A program made the position numbers and the translations under genes. The notes under the pieces are model-generated. The model did not search any database and was not told the origin of the DNA. It was given only the letters and a program-made list of their open reading frames with translations. This document shows, one piece after another, positions 40,501-46,481 of a stretch of 52,911 nucleotides of DNA. The stretch is from contig JAZQWY010000164.1 in the NCBI GenBank assembly GCA_045632545.1, positions 1 through 52,911 of the forward strand. The letters are read 5' to 3'. How positions within the stretch are numbered: the stretch's first letter is position 1; every line of letters starts with the position of its first letter. Source of the DNA: Eubacteriales bacterium. Lineage in GTDB: Bacteria; Bacillota; Clostridia; Oscillospirales; CAG-272.

Positions 40501-41389
40501 CCCTATGGCGCTTTATAAGTCTATGGGATATCTTGAACCAGGTACCGGAAAAGGCTTTGATACTCTGATAAAACACGATGAAAGCGGTCTGCAAAAAGTT
40601 CGTGAAGGAACGATGAAGGGTATGGAGCTACTCGATGAATTAACTTGGGGCTACCTTTGGAACGCAATAGAACTTGAAATATCTGACAAACACCCAGAGC
40701 TTGTTAAAGATTCGGACGAATATAATATGCTTGTTGCCAAGCGTATGAGGGATATCATATATTACACTCAGGTTGTGGATTCTCCTATGAGCAAATCCGA
40801 TATTATGCGTAGTTCTAACAGCCTGACCAGGCAACTTACGGCATTTATGAGCGAGGCGACGGTTACATACAATATGTTATTGGACGTATATGAGGAAGGA
40901 ATGGATAGTGTTCGCCAAGGTGGAAAATTCTGGACTAGGGAACGCGCAGGAAAAGCGTGTCGTATTATCGCAATATACACACTAACTGCTTTGCAACTCG
41001 CCGCAGTGACATCTTTTATTGATGCTATGCGAGATGATGACTACGACGAGGAATATTTTGATAAATATGGGGAGGCGTTTCTAGCTAACATTATAAACGA
41101 GATGAATCCGCTAAGCAAGCTCCCTTGGTTTAGAGACTTCTTCAGCGCCATTGAGGGATACTATACACAAAGAACCGATACCGCTATATTTAACTACGTA
41201 GCTAGATTTATTAGAGATATTCAGAAGATATTTTCTAAAGGCATTACACCATATGAAGTTATATATGATGCGTTAAAGCTGGCTTCGGCAAGTACAGGTA
41301 TAGGAGCTAGTAACTTAATGAGAGACGTTGTGGCGATATGGAACAGCATAATGGCATCATTAGGATACAAGAGCCTGATCATCGAATAA
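34595..41389 (+). CDS. Giant 2264-aa multidomain virion protein, polyvalent-protein-like. It contains a Gly-rich hydrophobic segment, a zincin-like HExxH motif, a possible nuclease-like insert and coiled coils.
   Basis: A single uninterrupted ORF with RBS AGGAGAAAA. HEVTH lies at aa 927-931 (nt 37373-37387). Gly/Ala-rich hydrophobic stretches span aa 320-560. An AT-rich domain spans aa 1110-1225. Confidence 0.6.
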   Translation: MGRLMLTPEEAQDRLAKGYQRAISITLNAERNRLTDFEAQYGTDYVTKWHTPDEFNKYYSDLEDARDYLELYKSYYNTYGTDEQKSSVADLDNVIVSYNDALGAKDSIMSHYSPYATADQYQRAMDFQAEKIAERNMLSTLNLDDAQSNIDAKEIEISTLRAELSDLQAGKIRLSRAEKEKKIGQLQLAIARANGELSELKNTLHKASKIQEGNEWSKYKDAPDFAEMSVPKEMFAHESQTYNAIFYPEAREIYANMVGNSGTSDDYIYDLLEPTEKDMVAYLDKVYGWEKAEKYLDFMTDELINRRAKSWYEFGQEHKIAAYIAAVPINLVSGIEAVGNILTGAKHQNLTSAAAQALRGGASSTIDSDLGKFLYNTGTSLLDSATAFGISALTGMPVLGSALLGGSATASTMNDMISRGARADQVIFTGIAAGIFEALFESFSLGATGAIKNLTSMQLKNSVLNTLKDMGISTLVNASEEAVTEVANILYDTIVNGEFSDATIMVEQLMARGYTQEEAVSAVVKTKGMQIGEAAASGALMGPAFGGLGVAAGTVAREIGYRSEGADIKNSTDDTANLETLLKSAEAYSSVSRTLNKAASKVTEKGEKVSNRQVGKLKAELIQAQQTAFANLASETFLPGIKTALEEQGLSGKTLDKTATAIGKYFGGERNKLSLNEGKLLESEAAKNVIDSYKKMIDEADEETRRKLNDIAYDIEQTADSGMRARVNARASEISEPSNEAEQVVYGYGSSGMTWDATKFKIETTSSNSEMLRNISQLRAYELWKIGREEYVNKNETERENKKAAAIKAAEAEGKKHVRRVGKYDDSKARKRLKQLKRESVRGEEQKKLYERTEAALTLAEMIAKFAGIDVYVIEGEPDVNGKITSENGLYVLKEGKNTQAIYIDINAGINDMDDFIKAAIIPHLSHEVTHSFRVNASTQYEKLSVFIQDYLTKQGYSVEALVKQRQDAYMRKHGKELSPADALEEVIARACEERMGNSKAVKEFVSEMYAKDKTLAEKFVNEVKKFIAKINEWFDIFAKQESVTVEAEKMKGAGDEFQRLWDEAFKEAVKGYQVLYTGKSKSTSEKKTVKNSLREDFAEEYDNWDKKNPRKTFIVGTTSKALQSLGIEEKPITWDSAKIIKIKGKHPKMTDDVIKQVPNILEYPIVIMESRTKDGRLTFFGEVYADGKPVLAVLELSPTNKDGIALDELKIASAYRKDGAQRLLYNSEILYRDSDKKRVTEWEKRTRLQLPVGYSSDNSTNSITEKAQVVNSKISENEKIMYSEREDVLTSAEIVRNIFEKNPKYEGYEKNAQQLDKYKLEMQKKERNVQRIRDIDKKIKQLRRLRAQSGKGTQMDDLHQSRRIAERRIAEAEAKMLEYEAQQLQRVIEAERKKMIKELTEELEGKRSGQVSEIRIKQAKKEFIERISRKTKDLQEKLLKNTKDKHIPEDFKKPLAEFLATLDFTPPNTRNRKGGETKRAQNARVAYDNLMNWIKAYANTHVEDLGYIDIQDDLAEMLNEQKEKMLTAIESLGSESHFRIYNMDSQQLETLNRVLREVQMAVNKANSLKSEGSFKHVAEMAQESMEHNESFRRMKKGDKRGLRDFFEWDNTLPVYAFKRLGEAGRQLFSAFQDGFDELIIRLDDASNFTLNLYTDKEYEKWCKEIHTFDLETYREDADGKVITKTEKVTLNVPQIMSLYCLEKRKQGLGHTRGGGIYAPTPEGAKVPNGKNGAMLTEDSVKEILSKLDKRQKHVADQLQRYMSTTCAKWGNRVSMARWGYLMFTEEFYFPIDVYNPNKIDDKATSRANSMYKLLDMRFMKPTDPNAKGRVVLYDIFDVFASHAADMARMSSLSLPVLDFVKWYSYREKVNGDERTLKNSLEDAFGKGIINYLDNFISDISGVVEVRGNGVEFLADIVKNAKTMSVGANLRSTSQQPMSATRAMLLISPKYMSKAILQKPNREKLKKWCPMALYKSMGYLEPGTGKGFDTLIKHDESGLQKVREGTMKGMELLDELTWGYLWNAIELEISDKHPELVKDSDEYNMLVAKRMRDIIYYTQVVDSPMSKSDIMRSSNSLTRQLTAFMSEATVTYNMLLDVYEEGMDSVRQGGKFWTRERAGKACRIIAIYTLTALQLAAVTSFIDAMRDDDYDEEYFDKYGEAFLANIINEMNPLSKLPWFRDFFSAIEGYYTQRTDTAIFNYVARFIRDIQKIFSKGITPYEVIYDALKLASASTGIGASNLMRDVVAIWNSIMASLGYKSLIIE

Positions 41390-41409
41390 AAAATAAAAAA
41401 TTTTTTGCA

Positions 41410-41448
41410 TAGGGGGACTACCTTTTGGTAGTCTCCTTGTGTTATTCT
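41410..41448 (+). promoter_or_regulatory. Late-region motif copy 3 with a hairpin and a -10-like TATTCT
   Basis: TAGGGGGACTACC lies at 41410-41422, with the partner arm GGTAGTCTCC at 41427-41436. TATTCT (41443-41448) lies 20 nt after the motif. Confidence 0.5.
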
Positions 41449-41478
41449 GTATATGAAATACGGTTGAAGGAGGAATTA

Positions 41479-42321
41479 ATGAAAATAATTCACGAGGTCA
41501 CACTCGACGTTTCCCGTCAAGGCGTTCAGTGTGCCATACCTATCACACAGCATGACGCATATGTTCATAGGCTTATTATACATCTGCGAGACGGGCCCGA
41601 GCTTCTTAAGCTGAGTGCGCACGACAAGGCTGAGCTATACGTTGACACGGATACGTACGAAGACGTACAGATATACCTGGAGAATAGCGTTTATCCTGAC
41701 TGCCTTGTATACGACATATCTCCATTTGTATCACAGGAGAGTGGAGAACATAGGGCGATACTTCAAATACACAACGAGGTAAACGGCGAGACTTTTATGT
41801 ACTCTCCCGAGTTTGCACTTCATATCAAAAAGGATATGACGAGTTCGTCAAAAATTTTATCGTCTCCGCAGTATTCGGCAGTGCTAAAAGCTCTGTTGGC
41901 AGCAGAGCAGTACGCAAAAGAAAGTGAAGAATTTGCGAGACTTTTCAAGGAAGGAATAGCATACTACGCAGAAACAGCCGAAACAGCGCGACACTATACT
42001 AAAGGCGGCGAGATTGACCGAAAATTCCGTAGCCTTGAGGAAAATAGCGCGGCTTCAATTTCTTCAACACGACGTGGTAAGTTGTTAGATATTTTTCTCG
42101 AAAATAGTGCCGGTGAGATTGTAGATGGTGAAACCGTAGATTTGTTTGTAGAAAATCCGGTTAATCATATTTCGTATTATAAGAGTGGTGATAGCTATGT
42201 GCTGAGGCTGTCTTTCCAAAATGGTAATGCGCAGGATATTGATATCTCGGCTGTTATGAGAGAAATTAATAATCGCTTCCAAGAAATAGATAGCAGGCTT
42301 TCTGCACTTGAACAAAACTAA
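41479..42321 (+). CDS. BppU-like (baseplate upper protein N-domain) tail/fibre-associated protein
   Basis: ATG 41479 follows GAAGGAGG. The N-terminus IHEVTLDVSRQGVQCAIPITQHDAYVHRLIIHLRDG resembles the BppU N-domain pattern. Confidence 0.5.
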   Translation: MKIIHEVTLDVSRQGVQCAIPITQHDAYVHRLIIHLRDGPELLKLSAHDKAELYVDTDTYEDVQIYLENSVYPDCLVYDISPFVSQESGEHRAILQIHNEVNGETFMYSPEFALHIKKDMTSSSKILSSPQYSAVLKALLAAEQYAKESEEFARLFKEGIAYYAETAETARHYTKGGEIDRKFRSLEENSAASISSTRRGKLLDIFLENSAGEIVDGETVDLFVENPVNHISYYKSGDSYVLRLSFQNGNAQDIDISAVMREINNRFQEIDSRLSALEQN

Positions 42322-42344
42322 ACAAATAGGAGGATATAATTATT

Positions 42345-43403
42345 ATGCTACTTGAAAAAGCAAAAATTTACGGCGTTGATGGGGTCGGAGCGAAAAGTCC
42401 GACACTTACAAGAACAGATGATGCCGTAGGACTGTCTTATACTGTTGGAGCAAGCGAGATTACTAGTGACTTTAACAACTGCTACCCGTGGAGCGATATA
42501 CAGGAAGTTACCGACCCAGCAGGGAATGTCTTTATTAGAATACCTAAATTTTATGGCAAAGTCACAAAAAACAGCGACGGCACGTACAAGTATCAGATTT
42601 CGGGTGTTCGTTACGACGGATTCTCCACGCTGTTTATCGACGGCAAGGGCAACGAAATAGATTACGTGCTTGTCGGTAAATATGAAGGCTCAGGCTCGTC
42701 CTCTCGCGTGTATTCAAAAAGCGGACAGCCCGTGCTTGGTGACATTAAATTTGCGGATTTTCGTTATGGCTGTAGCGCCAACGGAAAGGGCTATCAACAG
42801 TACGATTTCCTTATAGACGCAATTATCAAACATTTGTTTCTGATTGAGTTTGCCACCACAAATTCACAGAGCATTATGAGAGGCTATAATGCGCCGAATA
42901 ATAAACGCCCACCCATCTCAACGGGTAACACTGATTCCGTAGCAACTCCAAGTGGCTCTAATGGCAGTAATACGGACGGCTATCATGCTTGTAAATATCG
43001 CGGCATCGAAAACCCGTGGGGCAACACTTGGAAGTGGTGCGACGGCGTTTATTTTGACGGCAATAAGGTTTATGTCTGCACCGACCCAACTATGTATTCC
43101 AATAGAGGTCCGAATGCGCCGTACTTTTATATGGGTGACAGATGTATGTCTAATGGATACTCTTCTGTCATTACTCCCTTTGAAAAGATGCCTTTACTCG
43201 GCTATACCACAGAAGCAAGTGGCGATGATGCAACATATTACAGCGACATATACTATACTTCCGCTACGGGCAACACAATGCTTGTTGGTGGGCGTTGGAA
43301 CATAGACGCAGAGGCGGGTCTATGGGCTTGTGGTGGAAACACTATGGATAATATCGACCTAGGACCAGATTTAGCTGGGCGCCTCTGTTATAAACCAATT
43401 TAA
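42345..43403 (+). CDS. Putative tail fibre/receptor-binding protein with a C-type-lectin/FGE-like C-terminus
   Basis: 352 aa with RBS AGGAGGA. The C-terminal VGGRWNIDAEAGLWACGG..LAGRLCY resembles Mtd/FGE-type ligand-binding ends. Confidence 0.5.
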   Translation: MLLEKAKIYGVDGVGAKSPTLTRTDDAVGLSYTVGASEITSDFNNCYPWSDIQEVTDPAGNVFIRIPKFYGKVTKNSDGTYKYQISGVRYDGFSTLFIDGKGNEIDYVLVGKYEGSGSSSRVYSKSGQPVLGDIKFADFRYGCSANGKGYQQYDFLIDAIIKHLFLIEFATTNSQSIMRGYNAPNNKRPPISTGNTDSVATPSGSNGSNTDGYHACKYRGIENPWGNTWKWCDGVYFDGNKVYVCTDPTMYSNRGPNAPYFYMGDRCMSNGYSSVITPFEKMPLLGYTTEASGDDATYYSDIYYTSATGNTMLVGGRWNIDAEAGLWACGGNTMDNIDLGPDLAGRLCYKPI

Positions 43404-43421
43404 CTTAAACGGTGGGTTTGT

Positions 43422-43910
43422 GTGAGTATGAAATATATAGTTATTAACGACATAGCCATTCTAGCCACCAGAAATATTGAGGAGATAGACGATATTAACG
43501 GCTTAAAGGTGACATTTGAAGGTGTTACCGATATAGAAGATAATGCCACATTGAATCTTATTTTCATCGGTGACACGGATATCCGTGACACCGATATCCG
43601 TGTTACAGATGAACGGTTAACGAAAACAATACACGACAATTATACAACTATTATGCCTGAGGAGTTGCAGGAAGGTATATATCACGTAACGGTCTGCTGG
43701 ACTAGCCATGAAAACAATGAAAACGTAACACACGAAGCCTGCGGATGCCCTTTTAAGGTGTATAAGCAGAATGACTGGAAAAGGGCAATAATTCCAGCCC
43801 CGCTGTCAAGCGCGACAAATATAGAGCATATGTGGAAGGGAATAATAAATACGCTTGAGAGAGTATTGCCCGCAATAGACAGCTATCAAAACGGAAACGA
43901 TGTAATTTAG
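43422..43910 (+). CDS. Hypothetical protein
   Basis: 162-aa ORF. The start is GTG 43422 or ATG 43428. Contains a 15-bp duplication with the palindrome ACGGATATCCGT at about 43572-43600. Confidence 0.55.
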   Translation: MSMKYIVINDIAILATRNIEEIDDINGLKVTFEGVTDIEDNATLNLIFIGDTDIRDTDIRVTDERLTKTIHDNYTTIMPEELQEGIYHVTVCWTSHENNENVTHEACGCPFKVYKQNDWKRAIIPAPLSSATNIEHMWKGIINTLERVLPAIDSYQNGNDVI

Positions 43911-43923
43911 TAAAGGAGAAAAA

Positions 43924-44679
43924 ATGAAAAAGTTTATTTTCGTGTTAATGGCGTTTGCCCTTATATTCGTCGGTACTGTTGGTGTTTGCGCAGAAGAAGC
44001 AAGTGTTGATGCGGATTCAAAAATTACAGAACAGATACTGACCGAAACACAAACGACATCAGAAGAAACGGCGCCGGTGGAAACAGCACCGGAAGAAACA
44101 AAGTCAACCGACGAATACGCAAAGACTTTTGTCGATTACATATTCTCGGGCGGTGCGGGCTCTGAGGAGCTTATGGATAAAATAATCGCTATGGGTGAAC
44201 AGTATCAGGCATCGAAGGAAGCTGGATATACATTTGAGGAAAGAATAGCTCAGATGATAACTACTGAGAATATTACTACTCTTGCCGCAGCGGGATTCTT
44301 GGTTATATGTGGAATCGCTTTCTTTGTTATAGAACAGAAACAAAAAAAGGATAGACACAAGATATATTCATACGTTTCGGAATTAGAGCAAAAATATAGC
44401 GCCGAGATTGAGTCAAATACTAAGTTGAAAGATGATATTGAAAAACAGCGTGAGAGTATTGAAGAAATGAAAGCTATTCTTACAGCTCTACGCGATAATT
44501 CGATAAACTCTAAGGACGATATGAATAAGGTGGCCCATGCAAACGTAGCCGTTGCTAAGATGGTTAAAGATGTGTTCCTTAATTCAAAAACTCTTGATGC
44601 AAGTGCTAAGGCATTGATGGTACATAACTATATGGAGGTTGTTGAGTCTGAGACGGATAAAAAGGAGAATGAAAAGTGA
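43924..44679 (+). CDS. Membrane protein 1 of the terminal cassette: signal peptide, acidic ectodomain, one TM helix and a cytoplasmic coiled coil
   Basis: 251 aa with RBS AAAGGAGAAAA. Signal peptide is MKKFIFVLMAFALIFVGTVGVCA. TM helix is AAAGFLVICGIAFFVI. Confidence 0.7.
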   Translation: MKKFIFVLMAFALIFVGTVGVCAEEASVDADSKITEQILTETQTTSEETAPVETAPEETKSTDEYAKTFVDYIFSGGAGSEELMDKIIAMGEQYQASKEAGYTFEERIAQMITTENITTLAAAGFLVICGIAFFVIEQKQKKDRHKIYSYVSELEQKYSAEIESNTKLKDDIEKQRESIEEMKAILTALRDNSINSKDDMNKVAHANVAVAKMVKDVFLNSKTLDASAKALMVHNYMEVVESETDKKENEK

Positions 44680-45077
44680 GCGATAGGATGAAATATGAGT
44701 TGTGGGATTTTTTGGCGAGACTGTGCGCGGTTATCCCACCACTCGGAGCTACGCTGTTTTTCTTCCCGGAATGGATAGAGCAATCCCCGCGAGCGACATT
44801 CTCTGGAATGTTGCTTGTCGCAACGTTGATATGTATGGTTCCGTTTTGGAAAAAGATTCTTCAAATTTCCAAATCTTTTTCCTCTACGTCGATGCCAGTG
44901 TTTTGGATTATACTTTTTGCTGTGTTCTTTGTTGTAAGAGATATCGTAGACAGAATAATGTATATATCCTTATTTGGACTTTTGGGTTCAGGAATAAGTA
45001 TGGCAGTTTGTATTATGCGAAATAAATATGCTTACGCTCTTTCTAAAGAAACTGATAAAGAAGGGAAGAACAAGTAA
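44676..45077 (+). CDS. Membrane protein 2 of the terminal cassette: four hydrophobic helices, a holin-like candidate
   Basis: GTG 44676 lies 8 nt after AAGGAG and overlaps the upstream stop. 133 aa. Confidence 0.65.
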   Translation: MSDRMKYELWDFLARLCAVIPPLGATLFFFPEWIEQSPRATFSGMLLVATLICMVPFWKKILQISKSFSSTSMPVFWIILFAVFFVVRDIVDRIMYISLFGLLGSGISMAVCIMRNKYAYALSKETDKEGKNK

Positions 45078-46018
45078 TGTATAACGAAATCGACGACGAA
45101 ACAAAAGCCGAAAAAAGAAGACAAACACGAAAAAGCCTTGAAAGGGAGATAGCAGGCGCTGAGCCTGATAGGATACAACTTAATGACCTAATGCTCGGGG
45201 CGCTAGTTCTGTTGGCTGCTATTATATCCTTTACCGATTTTTCGTTTTCTGTAGGAGATATCCGAAATTTTACGGCACTGACACTCTTTCTTTATATCAT
45301 TACAATGTTCGTTTATAGAAACAGCTACGCCAAAGGAATATCGAGAGGAAAAAAAGATACCGAGTACCAGGAAGCTCTTTCAAAATATCGTGATAAGAGA
45401 GAATCAATATACGAGCGAAATCTTGCTAAACGTGTACCTGAGTTTTGTACTTACTATAAGAAGAAAGAACTCAGAGAATATAGAGAGAGTCTTTTGGTAG
45501 ATATCGAGATGGAGTATGACGAGTATAAAGAAAAGTATCTTAGAATGCCGTATAAAGAAATCAGAAAACAAGCTCTTTCGTATGAGGCAAAGAAAATTAT
45601 TGCTAAATGTAATGCTGCCAAAGCAATAAAACTTTATCCTGGAATGATCCTTAATGAGAACGGCGAATTTGACCGACATAAGCTTCTAGGAAAAAGTGGT
45701 CGAGAACGTGAGCGTTTAGACAAAAAGAAACAAGCCGTAACCAGAGCAATTTACGTCGTGTTCGGGGCTATGGTGGCTTTCGATGTCATCTTTAATTTTT
45801 CTTTGTTGACAATAGCACAGTGGGTTGTAAGAATGTTGCCTGTTGTTATTGCTATAATAAGTGGCGACGATGGCGGGTACTGTAATGTTACGGTTACAGA
45901 GACATTTTTCAAAAACGGACAGATAAACGTAATAAATTTGTTTAACGAATACATAAGCGTAGAGGAAAAAGTGATAAATACCCCAGAATATATTGTGGAA
46001 AAAAATAAAGAAAATTAG
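45077..46018 (+). CDS. Membrane protein 3 of the terminal cassette: two TM hairpins flanking a charged loop of about 140 aa
   Basis: TAATG overlap. 313 aa. It is the last gene before attR. Confidence 0.7.
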   Translation: MYNEIDDETKAEKRRQTRKSLEREIAGAEPDRIQLNDLMLGALVLLAAIISFTDFSFSVGDIRNFTALTLFLYIITMFVYRNSYAKGISRGKKDTEYQEALSKYRDKRESIYERNLAKRVPEFCTYYKKKELREYRESLLVDIEMEYDEYKEKYLRMPYKEIRKQALSYEAKKIIAKCNAAKAIKLYPGMILNENGEFDRHKLLGKSGRERERLDKKKQAVTRAIYVVFGAMVAFDVIFNFSLLTIAQWVVRMLPVVIAIISGDDGGYCNVTVTETFFKNGQINVINLFNEYISVEEKVINTPEYIVEKNKEN

Positions 46019-46027
46019 CAAAAACTA

Positions 46028-46056
46028 TTGACATTTCTTGGAAATTGTGATAAAAT
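46028..46056 (+). promoter_or_regulatory. Outward-facing consensus-like promoter at the right prophage end
   Basis: TTGACA (46028-46033), a 17-nt spacer, then TAAAAT (46051-46056) with an extended TGA. It points across attR, antisense to tRNA-Thr. Confidence 0.55.
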
Positions 46057-46246
46057 TAACTCAAATAAGTGGTTTTAATCCGCTATTTTGTTGAATTTTG
46101 AAAAGCAAAATTTGTTGCCGACTTTGTTACCAACGCTCACGAACTCACGCGATTTCTGACGATTTTTGTTTGAATTTGTTCCGTGAAAAAACAAAAAATA
46201 AAACCTCACAAATCCTTTAATTACAAGGTTTTGCAAGGTTTTTGGC

Positions 46247-46292
46247 TTGGAGCTGGTGATGTGACTCGAACACACGACCTGCTGATTACGAA
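46247..46292. repeat. attR, the right copy of the 46-bp att core
   Basis: Identical to 4489-4534. It forms the 3' part of the intact tRNA-Thr. Confidence 0.9.
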
Positions 46293-46323
46293 TCAGCTGC
46301 ACTACCGACTGTGCTACACCAGC
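46248..46323 (-). tRNA. tRNA-Thr (anticodon CGU), 76 nt with an encoded CCA
   Basis: Hand-folded cloverleaf: acceptor GCTGGTG/CACCAGC, D stem GCAC/GTGC, anticodon stem GCTGA/TCAGC with loop TTCGTAA, T stem GTGTG/CACAT with loop TTCGAGT, then discriminator T and CCA. Confidence 0.9.
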
Positions 46324-46344
46324 ATATTTTTTGGCAACGCTAAT

Positions 46345-46373
46345 ATTATACTTGCAATTTATCCTTTTGTCAA
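46345..46373 (-). promoter_or_regulatory. Consensus promoter of tRNA-Thr
   Basis: On the minus strand: TTGACA (46373-46368), a 17-nt spacer, then TATAAT (46350-46345). The tRNA 5' end lies about 22 nt downstream. Confidence 0.7.
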
Positions 46374-46481
46374 GATGTTTTTAATAAAAAATAAAAATAG
46401 TATTTGAAAAATGAAGAATATGTGTTATAATATCAGTGTATTGTGTTTTAACGAACCCGCTTTTATACGGAGGAAGTGAAA

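Larger units (their letters stand above)
4489..46292. mobile_element. Integrated temperate prophage of about 41.7 kb with podovirus-like structural genes, inserted in tRNA-Thr(CGU)
   Basis: Bounded by 46-bp direct repeats with an integrase next to attL. Carries complete lysogeny, replication, packaging and head modules, and housekeeping genes lie outside the repeats. Confidence 0.9.

Noticed and set aside
34595-41389. The giant protein as a tape-measure protein or an N4/crAss-type virion RNA polymerase
   Set aside because: No tube or chaperone genes accompany it, which argues against a tape measure. I found no DxDGD, T7-like motif A/B/C or other polymerase signature by eye. A polymerase role cannot be excluded without profile searches, but nothing supports it.
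42345-43403. A diversity-generating retroelement targeting the fibre gene, because its C-terminus (VGGRWNIDAEAGLWACGG..GRLCY) looks like an Mtd/FGE-type variable region
   Set aside because: No reverse transcriptase ORF exists anywhere in the window. I found no template-repeat copy of the 43260-43400 segment. The fold resemblance alone does not make a DGR.
46075-46407. ORFs 46075..46302 (minus) and 46183..46407 (plus) at the right junction
   Set aside because: Both run through the tRNA-Thr gene, the att core and promoter sequences. They have no RBS and their composition is not protein-like.
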